Made by a program: the position numbers and the translations under genes
Notes under the pieces: generated by a model
The model's input: the letters and a program-made list of their open reading frames with translations, nothing else
Told to the model about the DNA's origin: nothing
Databases searched by the model: none
In this document: positions 43,640 through 57,414 of the stretch, piece by piece
How positions within the stretch are numbered: the stretch's first letter is position 1
Layout of the letters: every line of letters starts with the position of its first letter
NCBI GenBank assembly: GCA_951406725.2
Contig: OX597838.1
Location: forward strand, 12,462,001 to 12,526,000
DNA: 64,000 nucleotides
Source of the DNA: Octopus vulgaris
Taxonomy: Eukaryota
Reading direction: 5' to 3'

Positions 43640-43890
43640 AAATGCGCCCTTTTAAAGCCTAGCCAGGCTCATGGGCCCGGTTTCCCGGTTTCAATGGCGC
43701 ATGTGTTCCCCAGCTGGACGGGACGCCAGTCCATCGCAGCGTTACTCATTTTTGCCAGCTGAGTGGACTGGAGTAACGTGACATGAAGTGTTTTGCTCAA
43801 GAACACAACGCGTCGCCCGGTCCAGGAATCGAAACCACAATCTTACAATCATGATGCTGACACCCTAACCACTTAGCCACGCGCCTCCAC
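43640..43890 (-). mobile_element. CORE-like tRNA SINE with a tail different from family C
   Basis: Shares head and ACTCATTTTTGCCAGCTGAGTGGACTGGAG with family C; tail GGCTAGGCTTTAAAAGGGCGC on minus strand. Confidence 0.8.
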
Positions 43891-44282
43891 ACACAAACAC
43901 ACACACACACACACATCCATATGGCTGGTAAAATATGCATTTCATATATATGTGCATTTGTATCTTTCCTTTAATTTTTGTTTTAGTTACATGGACTGCG
44001 GCTATGCTGGGGCCCAACTCGAACAAAACGATCCCACTATTAATTTATTTTTTTATTATTAAGTTTGGAATGTATTATATAGGTTCTTTTTACCCAACCT
44101 CTTAGTTACATGGGAGTAAACAAATCTACACCAGTTTTCAAACGGGGGTGTGTGATGTAATCGACCCCGAAAGGCAAAGTCGACTTTGGCGGAATTTGAA
44201 CTGAGAACGTAAAGACAGACTAAGAGCCACTAAGCATTTCGCCTGGCGCGCTAATAATTCTGAGATCTCTCTAATTATCTAC

Positions 44283-44807
44283 CGATGAGACATGATGTTG
44301 TAGCTAGGACACTCTATGATGAAATCCGTCAGAAGAATAACCCCGAGGACAAAGAAATGGTAGAAGTATGGTAGAAGCCATAGCCACTCGTAATAAAAAG
44401 GAATACTGGTGGAATATACCAGTGAAGACCTCAATAAAATGTAAGAACAACAAGCCTGATATAATGATTTGGGATAGAGAAGAGAAACTGCACAGATGTG
44501 GAAATTAGCTGCCCAGAAGATGTTAGCATAAAGCTGAAGATCAGTGAAAAAGAGAATACCTACGCTGGACTATTGAGAAATCTGGAATTATTCTTTTACT
44601 CTTTTACTTGTTTCAGTCATTTGACTGCGGCCATGCTGGAGCACCGCCTTTAGTCGAGCAAATCGACCACGGGACTTATTTTTGTAAGCCTAGTACTTAT
44701 TCTATCGGTCTCTTTTGCCGAACCGCTAAGTGACGGGACGTAAACACACCAGCATCGGTTGTCAAGCAATGCTAGGGAGACAAACAGACACAAACACATA
44801 CACACAC

Positions 44808-44844
<37 letters not shown>

Positions 44845-45392
44845 TACGACGGGCTTCTTTCAGTTTCCGTCTACCAAATCCACTCACAAGGCATTGGTCG
44901 GCCCGGGGCTATAGCAGAAGACACTTGCCCAAGATGCCACGCAGTGGGATTGAACCCGGAACCATGTGGTTGGTTAGCAAGCTACTTACCACACAGCCAC
45001 TCCTGCGCCTATCCAGATTACAATTTCAGGTTTATACCTGTAATTACTGGAGCCCTGGGATATGTAGCACACTGCCTAAATACCAGTCTTGAGAAATTTG
45101 GCTTCTCAAAACCAGAAAGGAGAAAACTATTTTGAAGACTACAGATCCAATCCATCAATGGAACTGTAAAAATCTGTAAAACATTCCGGAATATATATGA
45201 GCATTTCTAGATAGGCAACTATATGGATGAGAATACATACATAAAACAAAACATACAGATTTGCTCATATACATACATACAAACAGACAAAAATATCCTG
45301 TTGTTGATGTTGAAATTCCTATGGAGACTTGGATCTAGAAACCGGCTCTTTCTGTATTGGCAAGAAATCTTGAAATAAAACTGAATAATAAC
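44283..45392 (+). mobile_element. RLE-type (R4-like) LINE 3' end interrupted by SINE A (44590-45010, -)
   Basis: RHDVVAR, YWWNIPVKT..NKPDIMIWD..VEISCP..EKENTY, then YPDYNFRFIPVITGALG after the SINE; 3'UTR runs into (TACA)n. Confidence 0.85.
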
Positions 45393-45394
45393 AT

Positions 45395-46045
45395 ATGTAC
45401 GTATGTACATACATACATAAATACATACATACATACATACATACATACATAAATGCATACATACATACATACATACATACATACATACATGCATACATGC
45501 ATACATACATACATACATGCATACATACATACATACAAACATACATACATACATACATACATACATGCATACATACATACATACATGCATACATGCATAC
45601 ATACAAACATGCATGCATACATACATACATACAAACATACATACATACATACATACATACAAACATACATACATACATACATACATACATGCATACATAC
45701 ATAAATACATACATACATACATACATACATACATACATGCATGCATACATAAATACATACATGCATACATACATACATACATACAAACATGCATGCATAC
45801 ATACATACATACATACATACATACATACATACATACATACATACATGCATGCATACATACATACATACATACATAAATACATACATACATAGACACATAC
45901 ATTCATACTTACATACATACATTCCTCCATACATACATACATACAAGCATACATATATACATACATACATACATACATACATACATACATACATACATAC
46001 ATACATACATACATACATACATACATACATACATACATACATACA

Positions 46046-46079
<34 letters not shown>

Positions 46080-46600
46080 CATACATACATACATACATAC
46101 ATACATACATACATACATACATAAATACATACATACATACATACATACATACATACATACATACATACATACATAAATACATACATACATACATACATAC
46201 ATACATACATACATACATACATAAATACATATATACATACATACATACATACATACATACATACATACATACATACATACATACAACATACATACATACA
46301 TACATACATACATACATACATACATACATACATACATACATACATACATACATACATACATAATACATACATACATACATACATACATACATACATACAT
46401 ACATACATACATACATACATACATACATACATACATACATACATACATACATACATACATACATACATACATACATACATACATACATACATACATACAT
46501 ACATACATACATACATACATACATACACATGCATACATACATACATACATACATACATACATACATACATACATACATACATACATACATACATACATAC
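45395..46600. repeat. ~1.2-kb (TACA)n array
   Basis: Directly visible; shorter arrays at 35637-35870 and 54578-54920. Confidence 0.98.
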
Positions 46601-46953
46601 ACGTATATAACTGTATAAATAAATGAATGACAAATAAACATGAATTATATAGTCCCTCTCATTAGCCTACTGTTGTTTCTGCTAGAGGAAAGTGTGCACG
46701 CAGAGTGGTGTGCGCCACTGCAGCATCTTATAGCTTCCTCAGAGCCATTGAAATGAATCGTTTCTTTATGTCGAAACGCATTTAAATATATATACACCTG
46801 CATACACATCTCTCTCTCTCTCTCTCTGTTTCTCTTCCTCTGTCTCTCTCTCTCTCTCTCTCTACTAACACACACACAAACACACACACACACACACAGA
46901 TACACACATTTATATGCATATATGTATCTGAATACGTGTGTTTGTATACTCGC

Positions 46954-47060
<107 letters not shown>

Positions 47061-47367
47061 ATGGAAGATGAGAAAATGTAATTTTAAGAGTAAGCGACTT
47101 AGAGGCAAAATGTTTAAGCTTTTCAGAAGAAGCTAAGAATCTTCATCGGGCGTTTAATGAGAAATATAATAGGAGTGTCGGTTGTAGACGTTACTGCAAC
47201 ATATGAATAAGATCAAGTGTTGATGAAGATATATTCAACAATTTGGGAATAGAAAGTACAAGTAGGTGAGATAACAGCCTTCGTATGTACGTATAATTAG
47301 AGAAATAGAGGAAGATATTCACATATATAAGTATATGTATATATACATATATACATATATATATATA

Positions 47368-47553
47368 TTCTTTTATTCTTTTATTTGTTTCGGTCATTTG
47401 ACTGCAGCCATGCTGGAGCACCGCTTTTAGTCGAGCAAATCTACCCCCATTCTATCGGTCTCTCTTGCCGAACCGCTAAGTTGCAGGGACGTAAACACAC
47501 CAGCATCGGTTGTCAAGCGATGTTGAGAAGACAAACACAAACACACAAATATA

Positions 47554-47630
<77 letters not shown>

Positions 47631-47793
47631 GACAGGTTTCTTTCGATTTTCGTCTACCAAATCCACTCGCTAGGCTTTGGTCGGCCCGAAGCTATAGTCG
47701 AAGACATTTCCCCAAGGTACCACGCAGTGGGGCTGAAACTGGAATCATATGGTTGGTAAGCAAACTATTTACCACACAGCCACTCCTATGCCT
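47368..47793 (-). mobile_element. SINE family A
   Basis: Matches other family copies. Confidence 0.88.
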
Positions 47794-47823
47794 ATATATA
47801 TATATATATATATACATATATAG

Positions 47824-47912
<89 letters not shown>

Positions 47913-47913
<1 letters not shown>

Positions 47914-48290
47914 TAGCAGTATCGCCCGGCGTTGCTCGGGTTTGTAAGGGAAATAACTATTTAAGCATTTTTAGAGAGTTATAACCAAAAGATAGCAAAA
48001 AAAATGCATTAAAAATGGAAAAAAAATTATGGTAATTTTTTTTTTAAATCGTTGACTCATCGTAGACATTTTCTGTTTTGGTGTCTTCAAGCCATGAAGT
48101 CGTTGTTCTAAAAGAACGCTGGTCTCCTTGACAACGCTTTACGACGTTGATTTCCTTACACTCCCTTCCCCACAGCTTCACGAGGGAGGGAAGAAGGGGG
48201 AGAAGCAAACAGGTGCAGGCGTGAGCGTGGACGCCAACTCCGCCGCCATCGACACACGAAAAATTTAGCTCCTTCACGTGAAATTAAATA
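47913..48290 (-). mobile_element. Helitron 3' portion (same family as 18711, different interior)
   Basis: First ~160 bp match 18711-18870, including CTAG and the subterminal hairpin. Confidence 0.8.
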
Positions 48291-48431
48291 ATCTTATGTA
48301 TTGGCTTAAGTTTTTCATTGTATGATTTGCCTAATAGTGGTTTTGTCTCTAATTTAATATAATATAATATTTTACTATAAAATTGGATTCAATCCTAAAT
48401 CTGATTTTTCCCTGTAAGTTTGGATTTATTC

Positions 48432-48512
<81 letters not shown>

Positions 48513-48639
48513 TATCGTGTACATTAAAACACATTAAGAGGCCTTGTGCTAGAAGGAGCAGTAGAAAACTCAAACCACTAATTAGGGATAAATTCTCGAA
48601 AGGAATGAAAATTATAAAAATTTACCATCTAACTTAGTT

Positions 48640-48672
48640 CCTAGACCATGGTTTCCAGTCTTCATCGGTAGG
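48640..48672 (-). ncRNA. Hammerhead-like motif with collapsed stem II (U4C)
   Basis: CCTA-CCGATGA-AGACTG-GAAA-CCATGG-TC-TAGG. Confidence 0.5.
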
Positions 48673-49146
48673 TAGCCTTTAGATTTTAAATATACACTCA
48701 ACGAGATCCGCATGTAAACTAAATTAACTGCATCTGCGCAGTGGATTTGAAAAGTTAGAATATACAGGCAGCGAGTTTAAGCCCAAGACGACATCTCCTC
48801 TAGCTAGTTAACGATGCACAGTTACATCCGATAAAATTGCGAGCAGGGGAGCGAACCTCTACCATCTCCTAGTGACCTGACCAGTGGACCAGTCCTGGTT
48901 TCGGGATATTTCTGCCACTCCTCAGTATTGGACACATCATCGGCTGGACATGATAGCAGCTCGCTTCTGCTCGCAATATAAATATTTGAAGCGAACACAG
49001 AGTCGCTGATTTCGTCACAAGCAAAAATGTTAGAGCTAAAATCTTTCTCTTTCTATATATATATATATTCAAAATGTGACCGCGTGTGTACCATTGGCGA
49101 TTTTTTTTCCTCTGTCTTCCCTTCTCTGGATCTTTCCTTCTCCTAT

Positions 49147-49181
49147 GTTTCCGACGAAGAGCTGCGCTCGAAACGTTAAAC
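49147..49181 (+). ncRNA. Minimal Penelope-type hammerhead motif (U4C) within a terminal fragment at 49075-49285
   Basis: GTTT-CCGACGA-A-GAGC(TGC)GCTC-GAAA-CG-TT-AAAC. Confidence 0.7.
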
Positions 49182-49284
49182 CCTCCTTCTTTCCTTCTTT
49201 CCTGAGCGTCCAATAATGCTATATTTGTTCCACGTCCTCGCGTTGTTGTGTTTTTTTTTTGTGCTTTCTTGTTTGGATTAACTT

Positions 49285-49362
<78 letters not shown>

Positions 49363-49530
49363 TAGTTATCGCCATACTAATATGGCAGTCTTATAAATAT
49401 AAGACTAAAGCTGTCGCTGATTAGCTCCATGAGGCCATCGCCTTATTTGACACACAAACTGCGTCCATTAATTTCCAGTAACGCTGTCGTAATCTCCTTT
49501 AGAGAGACTTAGTAATTTTAGTATTTCTAT

Positions 49531-49579
<49 letters not shown>

Positions 49580-49653
49580 TAAAGCATATTACTCTTCCTC
49601 CAGTATTCGAGTACTATTTTTTCACCTTGTTTCACATTTATGTACTTACTCTG

Positions 49654-49691
<38 letters not shown>

Positions 49692-50034
49692 GCACTCACA
49701 TATACTACATTCCAAAGAAACCTAAATTTCACAGGCTATATTTAACCAGAGTTAGAGCTTCGTAATCCTGGATATATAGTTCCATATATTTGGAAATTGT
49801 CTGGAATGTGTATCTTTGTGTAGTTATATAATAAAAGTTTGTTTTTCCATTTTTTTTTCTTTTTGAGGATTTCTTTTTTTCTTTTTTTTTTTTCGTTTTT
49901 CCTTTTTGGTGCGATTTTACTTCTGGAAGTAGATAAGGTTGTGTATGCTTTGATAGTGTGACTTTGAGATGAACTGGTTTGGTTTAATTACTTATTAGGG
50001 AATAATGCGAGGTTTGAGGGTTTGGGGGTTTGGT

Positions 50035-50582
50035 GGAGGAGGAGAAGGAGGAGAAAGGGAGAAAAAGGGGGTGTTGGATGGCAGGAGAAGGTGGGGGTGG
50101 GGGAGAAGGAGGTGTGAAGGAGGTGGGAGGTGGAGGAGGTGGAGGAGGAGGAGGAGGAGGAGGGAGAGGAGAAGGGAGGGAAGGGAGGAGGAGGTAGGGA
50201 AGGGAGAAGGAGGTAGGGAGGTAGGGGCGGAGGAGGTGAGGAGGTAGGGGAGGAGGAGGCAGTAGGGTGAGGAGGAGGTGGTAAGAGGGGGAGGTGGTGG
50301 TGGGAGGAGGAGGTGGTAAGAGGAGGAGGTGGTGGTGGGAGGAGGAGGAGGAGGAGGATGTGGGAGGAAAGGGTGATGGTAGGAGGCGGAGGTGGTGGGA
50401 TGGGGACATTGGAGGAGGAGGTGGGAAGAGGTGGCGGGAGAAGGTGGTGGGAGGAGGAGGTGGAAGGTGGGAGGGGTGGAGGAGGAGGAGGTGGAAGGTG
50501 GGAGGGGTGGAGGAGGAGGAGGAGGAGGAGGAGGAGGTGGGAGGTGGGAGGGGTGGAGGAGGAGGAGGAGGAGGAGGAGGAA
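50035..50582. repeat. G-rich (GGA/GGT)n low-complexity tract
   Basis: Directly visible. Confidence 0.92.
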
Positions 50583-50689
50583 ATTCTGTCTACATGCAGA
50601 TATTATTTCAGTAAATCAGATTAGGATTTGTGAAATACGATTTAATTTTTCCGTCTCTGTCATTGTTTGCTTTTGCTTTTCTTTTTCAG

Positions 50690-50910
50690 GCAAAAAGCAC
50701 GAAATTTCGGTGGAGAATTTTGGAGGAGGATTAGGGCGATTACATCGACTCCAGTGTTCAACTGGTACTTAATTTATCGATCCCAAAAGGATGAAAGCAA
50801 AGTCGACCTCGGCGGATTTTGAACTCAGAACGAAGCGACGGGCGAAATACCGCTAAGCATTTCGTCCAGCGCGCTAACGATTCTGCCAGCTCGCTGCTTT
50901 TTCACCTACT

Positions 50911-50941
<31 letters not shown>

Positions 50942-50989
50942 AAGAAGAAGAAGAAGAAGAAGAAGAAGAAGAAGAAGAAGAGGAGGAGG

Positions 50990-51054
<65 letters not shown>

Positions 51055-51310
51055 AATAATAATAATAATAATCCTTTCTATTCAAGGCACAAGGCCTGAA
51101 ATTTGGAGAGGGTGAGGTGAGTCGATTGCATCGCTATCCACCCCCACCCCCACCCCCACCCAGTGTTCAACTGGTACTTATTTTATAGACCCGAAAGAAT
51201 GAAAGGTGACGTCGACCTCGGCGGAATTTGAAATCAGAACGTTAGCGACAGGCGAATTACCGTTAAGCATTTCTTAAAGCATGCAAACGATTCTGCTCGC
51301 TCGCCGCCTT
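50690..51310 (-). mobile_element. Two SINE family B copies separated by (AAG)n(GAT)n(AAT)n
   Basis: Family core near 50750-50895 and 51160-51310. Confidence 0.85.
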
Positions 51311-51362
51311 ATAATACTAATAATCACCATAACAACAACAGCAGCAGCAACGACGACAACAG

Positions 51363-51395
<33 letters not shown>

Positions 51396-51463
51396 TAATA
51401 ATAATAACAATCTCCTAATATAATAATGAGCGTAGTGTTTATATATATATATATATATATATA

Positions 51464-51537
<74 letters not shown>

Positions 51538-51621
51538 CAATTAAGGACATAGCTTCGTTGATGTTGATCAGTTAGCTGCTCGGCTTAGACGAGGTAGGGT
51601 CGTTTATTTATGATACGTCCA

Positions 51622-51668
51622 GGCTTGCTGATGAATACAGATGTATGAAATCACAGGTGATACAAGTC
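51622..51668 (+). ncRNA. Type-I hammerhead ribozyme motif, fully canonical core
   Basis: GGCTTG-CTGATGA-ATAC(AGAT)GTAT-GAAA-TCA(CAGG)TGA-TA-CAAGTC; all three stems pair; AUA triplet. Confidence 0.85.
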
Positions 51669-51786
51669 TATATTTTTAAATGTCTTACTTTGAAAAATTG
51701 CATTCGGTGGGATTAGTAAAATTTTTGGTAGAAATGACTAATTTTGTCCCTCTTAGCGTGTGGCATGTATGTATAATAATGCCTTC

Positions 51787-51849
<63 letters not shown>

Positions 51850-52174
51850 GTTTAAATATAAAAGGAGAGGAGAGAAAATTGTAATTCAGTGAAGGAGAAG
51901 TAGTGAGAGTAATAGCCATGACTGAGAGGGAGTGAGAGTAAATAATAGCAATGGGAGAGCGTCGTGTATGTTCTACCGAAATAATCTACTATAATAATAA
52001 TATATAGGACAAGGTAAAATATGCTAAAATAATTTTATCATGAAGTACATTTTCGTGCCGGTTTCCGTCTTTTAGACTTTTTCAACTAAGAGTAAAATAA
52101 TTAAAAGCAATTAAATCGGAGAATGAAATTTAAGTGAAAAGTTTTGTAGATATTTCCATAATCTTCAGATAGTC

Positions 52175-52237
<63 letters not shown>

Positions 52238-52271
52238 TCCTTTGTGAATGCCTCGTAACCCACCTACGAGC

Positions 52272-52302
<31 letters not shown>

Positions 52303-52374
52303 CTCCAGCATATATATATATATTGACACACACACACACACAAATGCATGCATGCATCAAACCTAGATGCATAC

Positions 52375-52410
<36 letters not shown>

Positions 52411-52413
<3 letters not shown>

Positions 52414-53510
52414 TGATTGATTGATTGATTCCAGTTTCAGCTTATGAGCTGTGGCCATGCTGGGGCACCGCCATTTGGTGTTGCTACTTGCTTTCACTTC
52501 ATGGAGGCTTTCTAGCAACTGCTATTTGGTGCATGAGAGAGTTCGATGCAGCTGCCCTCATCTGCCCCTCCTGCCGTGAAGTTGGTTCATCTGGGACACC
52601 TGACAGGAAGAGATCCAGCTCCATTTTAAAGACATCTGTATCCACCCCATGCAGGTCTCTCAGGTTCATCGGGAGGATATTGAAGAGCTGTGGGCCTCGG
52701 AAGCCCAGGCTATCACAGAATCTTGTCCTACATCTTGATGGCAAGTTTGAGTCCTAGGCACCACGCAGTGGCGCCCAGTTCTGGCGTTTGCGTAACTCTC
52801 GATGCCAAAGTTCAGGACACTTCCCTCCAGGATCTTCCAGATGTATATTATGGCATATCTTTCCCGCCTACGCTCCAGGGAATATAATTTTAATCTCTTG
52901 AGTCTTTCCCAGTAGCTTACATTCTGCATAGAGGCTATCTTCTTCGTGTAGCTTCGTTGGATCGCCTCAAGTTCTGTGATCAACTTGACACTGGATGGTG
53001 ACCATAGCTGAGAGCAATAGTCAAAGTGACTTAGGACAAGTGTCTTCCAGAGGACCATCATGGTTTCTTGTTCTCTTGTTCTAAAGGTTCTAAGAATCCA
53101 TCCAGCCAGCCGTCTGCATTTCACTGTCAGTTTAGCAACATGTACATGAAAGGTCGCGTCATCACTCATGTGAATACCCAGGTCACGCACTGATTGTGCC
53201 TCTGGGATTGCAATCCCTCCGGGTCCAGTGTATTCCTTGGGTATTGCATTCAGTTTTGCATGCAGATAGTATAAAGCTTGAAACTTTTCAGCATTGAACT
53301 GCATGCTATTCTTTTCAGCCCACTTGTATATTTCGTCCAGCTCATATTGCAGGTGCCTAGTGTCTTCAGGGTTCTGTATTGCCTGTGAAACTTTTGTATC
53401 ATCTGCATAACTTGTGATCGTGGCTCTCCGCGTGGCTGAGGGCATGTCTGAGAGGGCCATTATGAACAGTAGTGGTCCCAAAACAGTGCCCTGTGGAACA
53501 CCGCTCACTA
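52411..53510 (-). mobile_element. CR1/L2-group LINE, 5'-truncated: RT to 3' end with (AATC)n tail
   Basis: SGVPQGTVLGPLLF..YADDTKV..DLGI..DYCSQLWSP..YWERLKRLKLYSLERRRERY; one frameshift near 52745. Confidence 0.93.
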
Positions 53511-53552
53511 TTTGCGTGCTAAATAATATTATATATATATATTATATATATA

Positions 53553-53672
53553 TAAATGTAATATGTGACAATTATTCGGTAGCCATGATAAAACTCCGAG
53601 TTTCGGATGTCGGAGTGGATAAAACTCGGAGTTTTATCATGGCTACCGAATAATTGTCACATATTACATTTA
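53553..53672. repeat. Perfect 51-bp-arm inverted repeat containing the 3' half of a hammerhead motif
   Basis: Arms 53553-53603 and 53622-53672; same family as 29178-29405. Confidence 0.93.
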
Positions 53673-53742
53673 CAGATAAAATCCTCTATTTACATAATAT
53701 AGAGGTCTCTTTCTTTCTTTTGTTGTCTTACCATTACTATTA

Positions 53743-53821
<79 letters not shown>

Positions 53822-54166
53822 GTGAGTATACATATATATATATTTGTAAAAAATATATATAAAAATACAAAATGGGACAAGAACGCAAAACATTCAAAGA
53901 GACGATACAAAATACGGACGGGTCATTCGAAGCCTCTAATCTTCAGTCAAGAACCGGATCATCCTCGCAATTTCGGCTGATTAATCTCTATATATTTACA
54001 TATATATATATATATATATATATGCAAACATACATATATACATACATGCACATAAATATATACGTAAATTTACACACTTTGTGTGAGCGTTAAGTATATA
54101 TGTTTATATATAGAGAGAGAGATGGATAGATTGATAGATACATACATACATACATACATACATACA

Positions 54167-54198
<32 letters not shown>

Positions 54199-54981
54199 CT
54201 TACAGATATATACACGCTGCGTGTGGATGTATGTCTGTACAAAATTGCGTGTGTATGTATGTATGTCTGTGGGTATCAGCGTGTTCACCGAGTGTATATA
54301 CCAGTGTATGTGGGAGAGGTTGAGATAAGTTTTTAAGAGAATAAAATATATAAATGCACGGCATCAGATTCCAAGCGATTCATTGCCCACAGCTCCCCTT
54401 TACTCTCCCCCTTCCTCCTCCTCCTCCTTTCCATCACACACATCCCCACCTTTCTCCTGTTAGCTCACCCCCCCACTTCCTTGCCTGACAATTTCTTCAC
54501 AGTATCATCCCCAAAATAGGGTACTGAATCTCAAACTTTCACGATAAATAAAACAGAAGCCTACATCACTTGCACACACATACATACATACATACATACA
54601 TACATACATACATACATACATACATACATACATACATACATACATACATACGTGCATACACACACACACACATGCATGCATACATACATACACACATACA
54701 TACATACATACATACATACATACATACATACATACATACATACATACATACATGCATGCATACATACATACATACATACATACATACATACATACACACA
54801 TACATACATGCATACATGCATACATACATACATACAGACATACATACATACATACATACATGCATACATACATACATACATTCATACACACATACATACA
54901 TACATACATACATACACACATGCATACACACACACATATATGTACATACATGTGCGTCAACTATACATGAACATGTATGTA

Positions 54982-55012
<31 letters not shown>

Positions 55013-55185
55013 GCATGTACATATGAGTATATATATGTACAAATATATATTATATAAATATATACGTATGTATATGTGTATGTGGGCGTGTTGATATGAA
55101 AAGCAGATATTTTTACTGATATATACATGCGTGTCTATTTGCGTACACGTATGCATATATTCATTCATTTGTATATATGTGTCTA

Positions 55186-55216
<31 letters not shown>

Positions 55217-55240
55217 ATAAACACATACTCATACACGTGA

Positions 55241-55322
<82 letters not shown>

Positions 55323-55460
55323 CTTGGCGGAGGGAGTTGGAGGTGGAGTTATATGTTTAAAGGTTTATACAGGTAGGAGGAATGGGGTGGGAGAATGGAG
55401 GTGGGTTGTGGTGCAGGGTAACGGTTGGGTGGGTGGGGTACTAAAAACAATACATAACAG

Positions 55461-55507
<47 letters not shown>

Positions 55508-55916
55508 GAAACAAAAACATTATTCTCTAAATGCCAACCAGAATGTCGAAGATCTCAAATCACAGCTCTCCCTTCCTCACTTTCCTGCCCTCCATCCTTC
55601 TTTCCTTCCTTCCTTCCTTCCTCTCCTCTCCTACCATACACCCTTATTTGAACCATGAACCCTACCACACACACCCACACACACACACACATACACACGT
55701 AAATCTCGGCATTGTACACCTGCTTTCCATCCGTTTACTACCCATCACAACCGTCCCAGCCGCCTCCCTACCCTGAAACACTTTTGGTTGGTAATCCACC
55801 CTCACCACCACCCGTACACCGAGACCGATTTCATTCCGGTGTTCTTCTGATAAATGCAACTGCACCGTCCTAGATTCATCTTACTCATTAGAATATGCAA
55901 ATGCATACACAGGTTA

Positions 55917-56364
55917 CGGTTACTTTCACTTTTAACTTAGTAGCGGTATTTTCTTCTGGTTCTTGAACTCAGAACGAAACCTGAGCTCAAATTCCGCCGC
56001 GATCAACTTTGCCTTTCATCCTTCAAGAGTCGATAAAATAAGTACCAGTCCAACTCTGGGGTCGATGTACTCGACTAACCTCCTCCCGCTAGCCTTGTAT
56101 CAAAATTTGAAACTTTTATTGTTATCGTTATTGAAGGCAAATGCGGTTACTTTCACTTTTAACTTAGTAGCGGTATTTTCTTCTGGATCTTGAACTCAGA
56201 ACGAAACCTGAGCTCAAATTCCGCCGCGATCAACTTTGCCCTTCATCCTTTAAGAGTCGATAAAATAAGTACCAGTCCAACTCTGGGGTCGATGTACTCG
56301 ACTAACCTCCTCCCACTAGCCTTATATCAAAATTTGAAACTTTTATTGTTATCGTTATTGAAGG
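55917..56364 (+). repeat. Tandem duplication (227-bp period) of a degenerate SINE B plus flank
   Basis: Units start CGGTTACTTTCAC at 55917 and 56144; followed by another SINE B (to 56582) and a decayed family C body (56625-56865). Confidence 0.9.
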
Positions 56365-56968
56365 GGGTCGTAAAACAGCATACAAAATGCATAACGGAAT
56401 TTCCTCCATCTTTACGTTCTGAGTTCAAATTCAACCGAGGTTGACTTTGCCTTTCATACTTTTGGAGTACTTTTGGAGTACCAGTTATGCACTGGGGTCG
56501 ACGTAATCTACTTAATCTGTGTGTCTGTCCTTGTTTGTCCCCTCTGTGTTTAGCCCCTTTGTGGGTAGCAAAGAAATAGGTAAAAGCACGTAACTTTGTG
56601 ACTTGGGTATTCGACTTTACCGGCGGCACGTTGTGTCGGTCAGCGAGGCACATTATTTCACGATGCTCCAATCCACTCAGCTATAAAAAAAAATGAGTTA
56701 TAATTCAATGGGTCGACCTTGTCATATTCTATGCCGGGCTGAATCTACCTCAGAACTATATTAACGGTACCCGTATTTGTGCAGTGCTCAGCCAATCGCT
56801 CGTTAATTTCACGAACATGCTATTCCGTTGATCGGATCAACTGGAATTACCATCATCGTAATCGATGGATTTGCAGTTATAGGCAAGCAGGTACTGGCTT
56901 CAAAACTATATATCGCTTCTCATACCAAGTTTTATCATCTCTTTTACAGGCTTATTTACTGCCTGAAG

Positions 56969-57414
56969 ACGGCGAGCTGGCAGAAACGTTAGCACGCCGG
57001 GCGAAATGCGTAGCCGTATTTCGTCTGCCGCAACGTTCTGAGTTCAAATTCCGCCGAGGTCAACTTTGCCTTTCATCCTTTCGGGGTCGATAAATTAAGT
57101 ACCAGTTATGCACTGGGCTCGATGTAATCGACTTAATACCTATGTCTGTTCTTGTTTGTCCCTCTATGTTTAGCCCCTTGTGGGCAATAAAGAAATAAGA
57201 AACGTTAGCACGCCGGGCGAAATGCGTAGCCGTATTTCATCTGCCGCAACGTTCTGAGTTCAAATTCCGCCGAGGTCGACTTTGCCTTTCATCCTTTCGT
57301 GCTCGATTAAATAAGTACCAGTTACGCACTGGAGTCGATATTATCGACTTAATCCGTCTGTCTGTCCTTGTTTGTCCTCTTTGTGTTTAGCCCTTTGTGG
57401 GTAGTAAAGAAATA
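56969..57414 (+). mobile_element. SINE family B head-to-tail dimer with 15-bp target-site duplication
   Basis: ATTTACTGCCTGAAG at 56954-56968 and 57415-57429. Confidence 0.92.

Noticed and set aside
52666-53508. Functional reverse transcriptase gene
   Set aside because: 5'-truncated, frameshifted LINE copy with no true start codon
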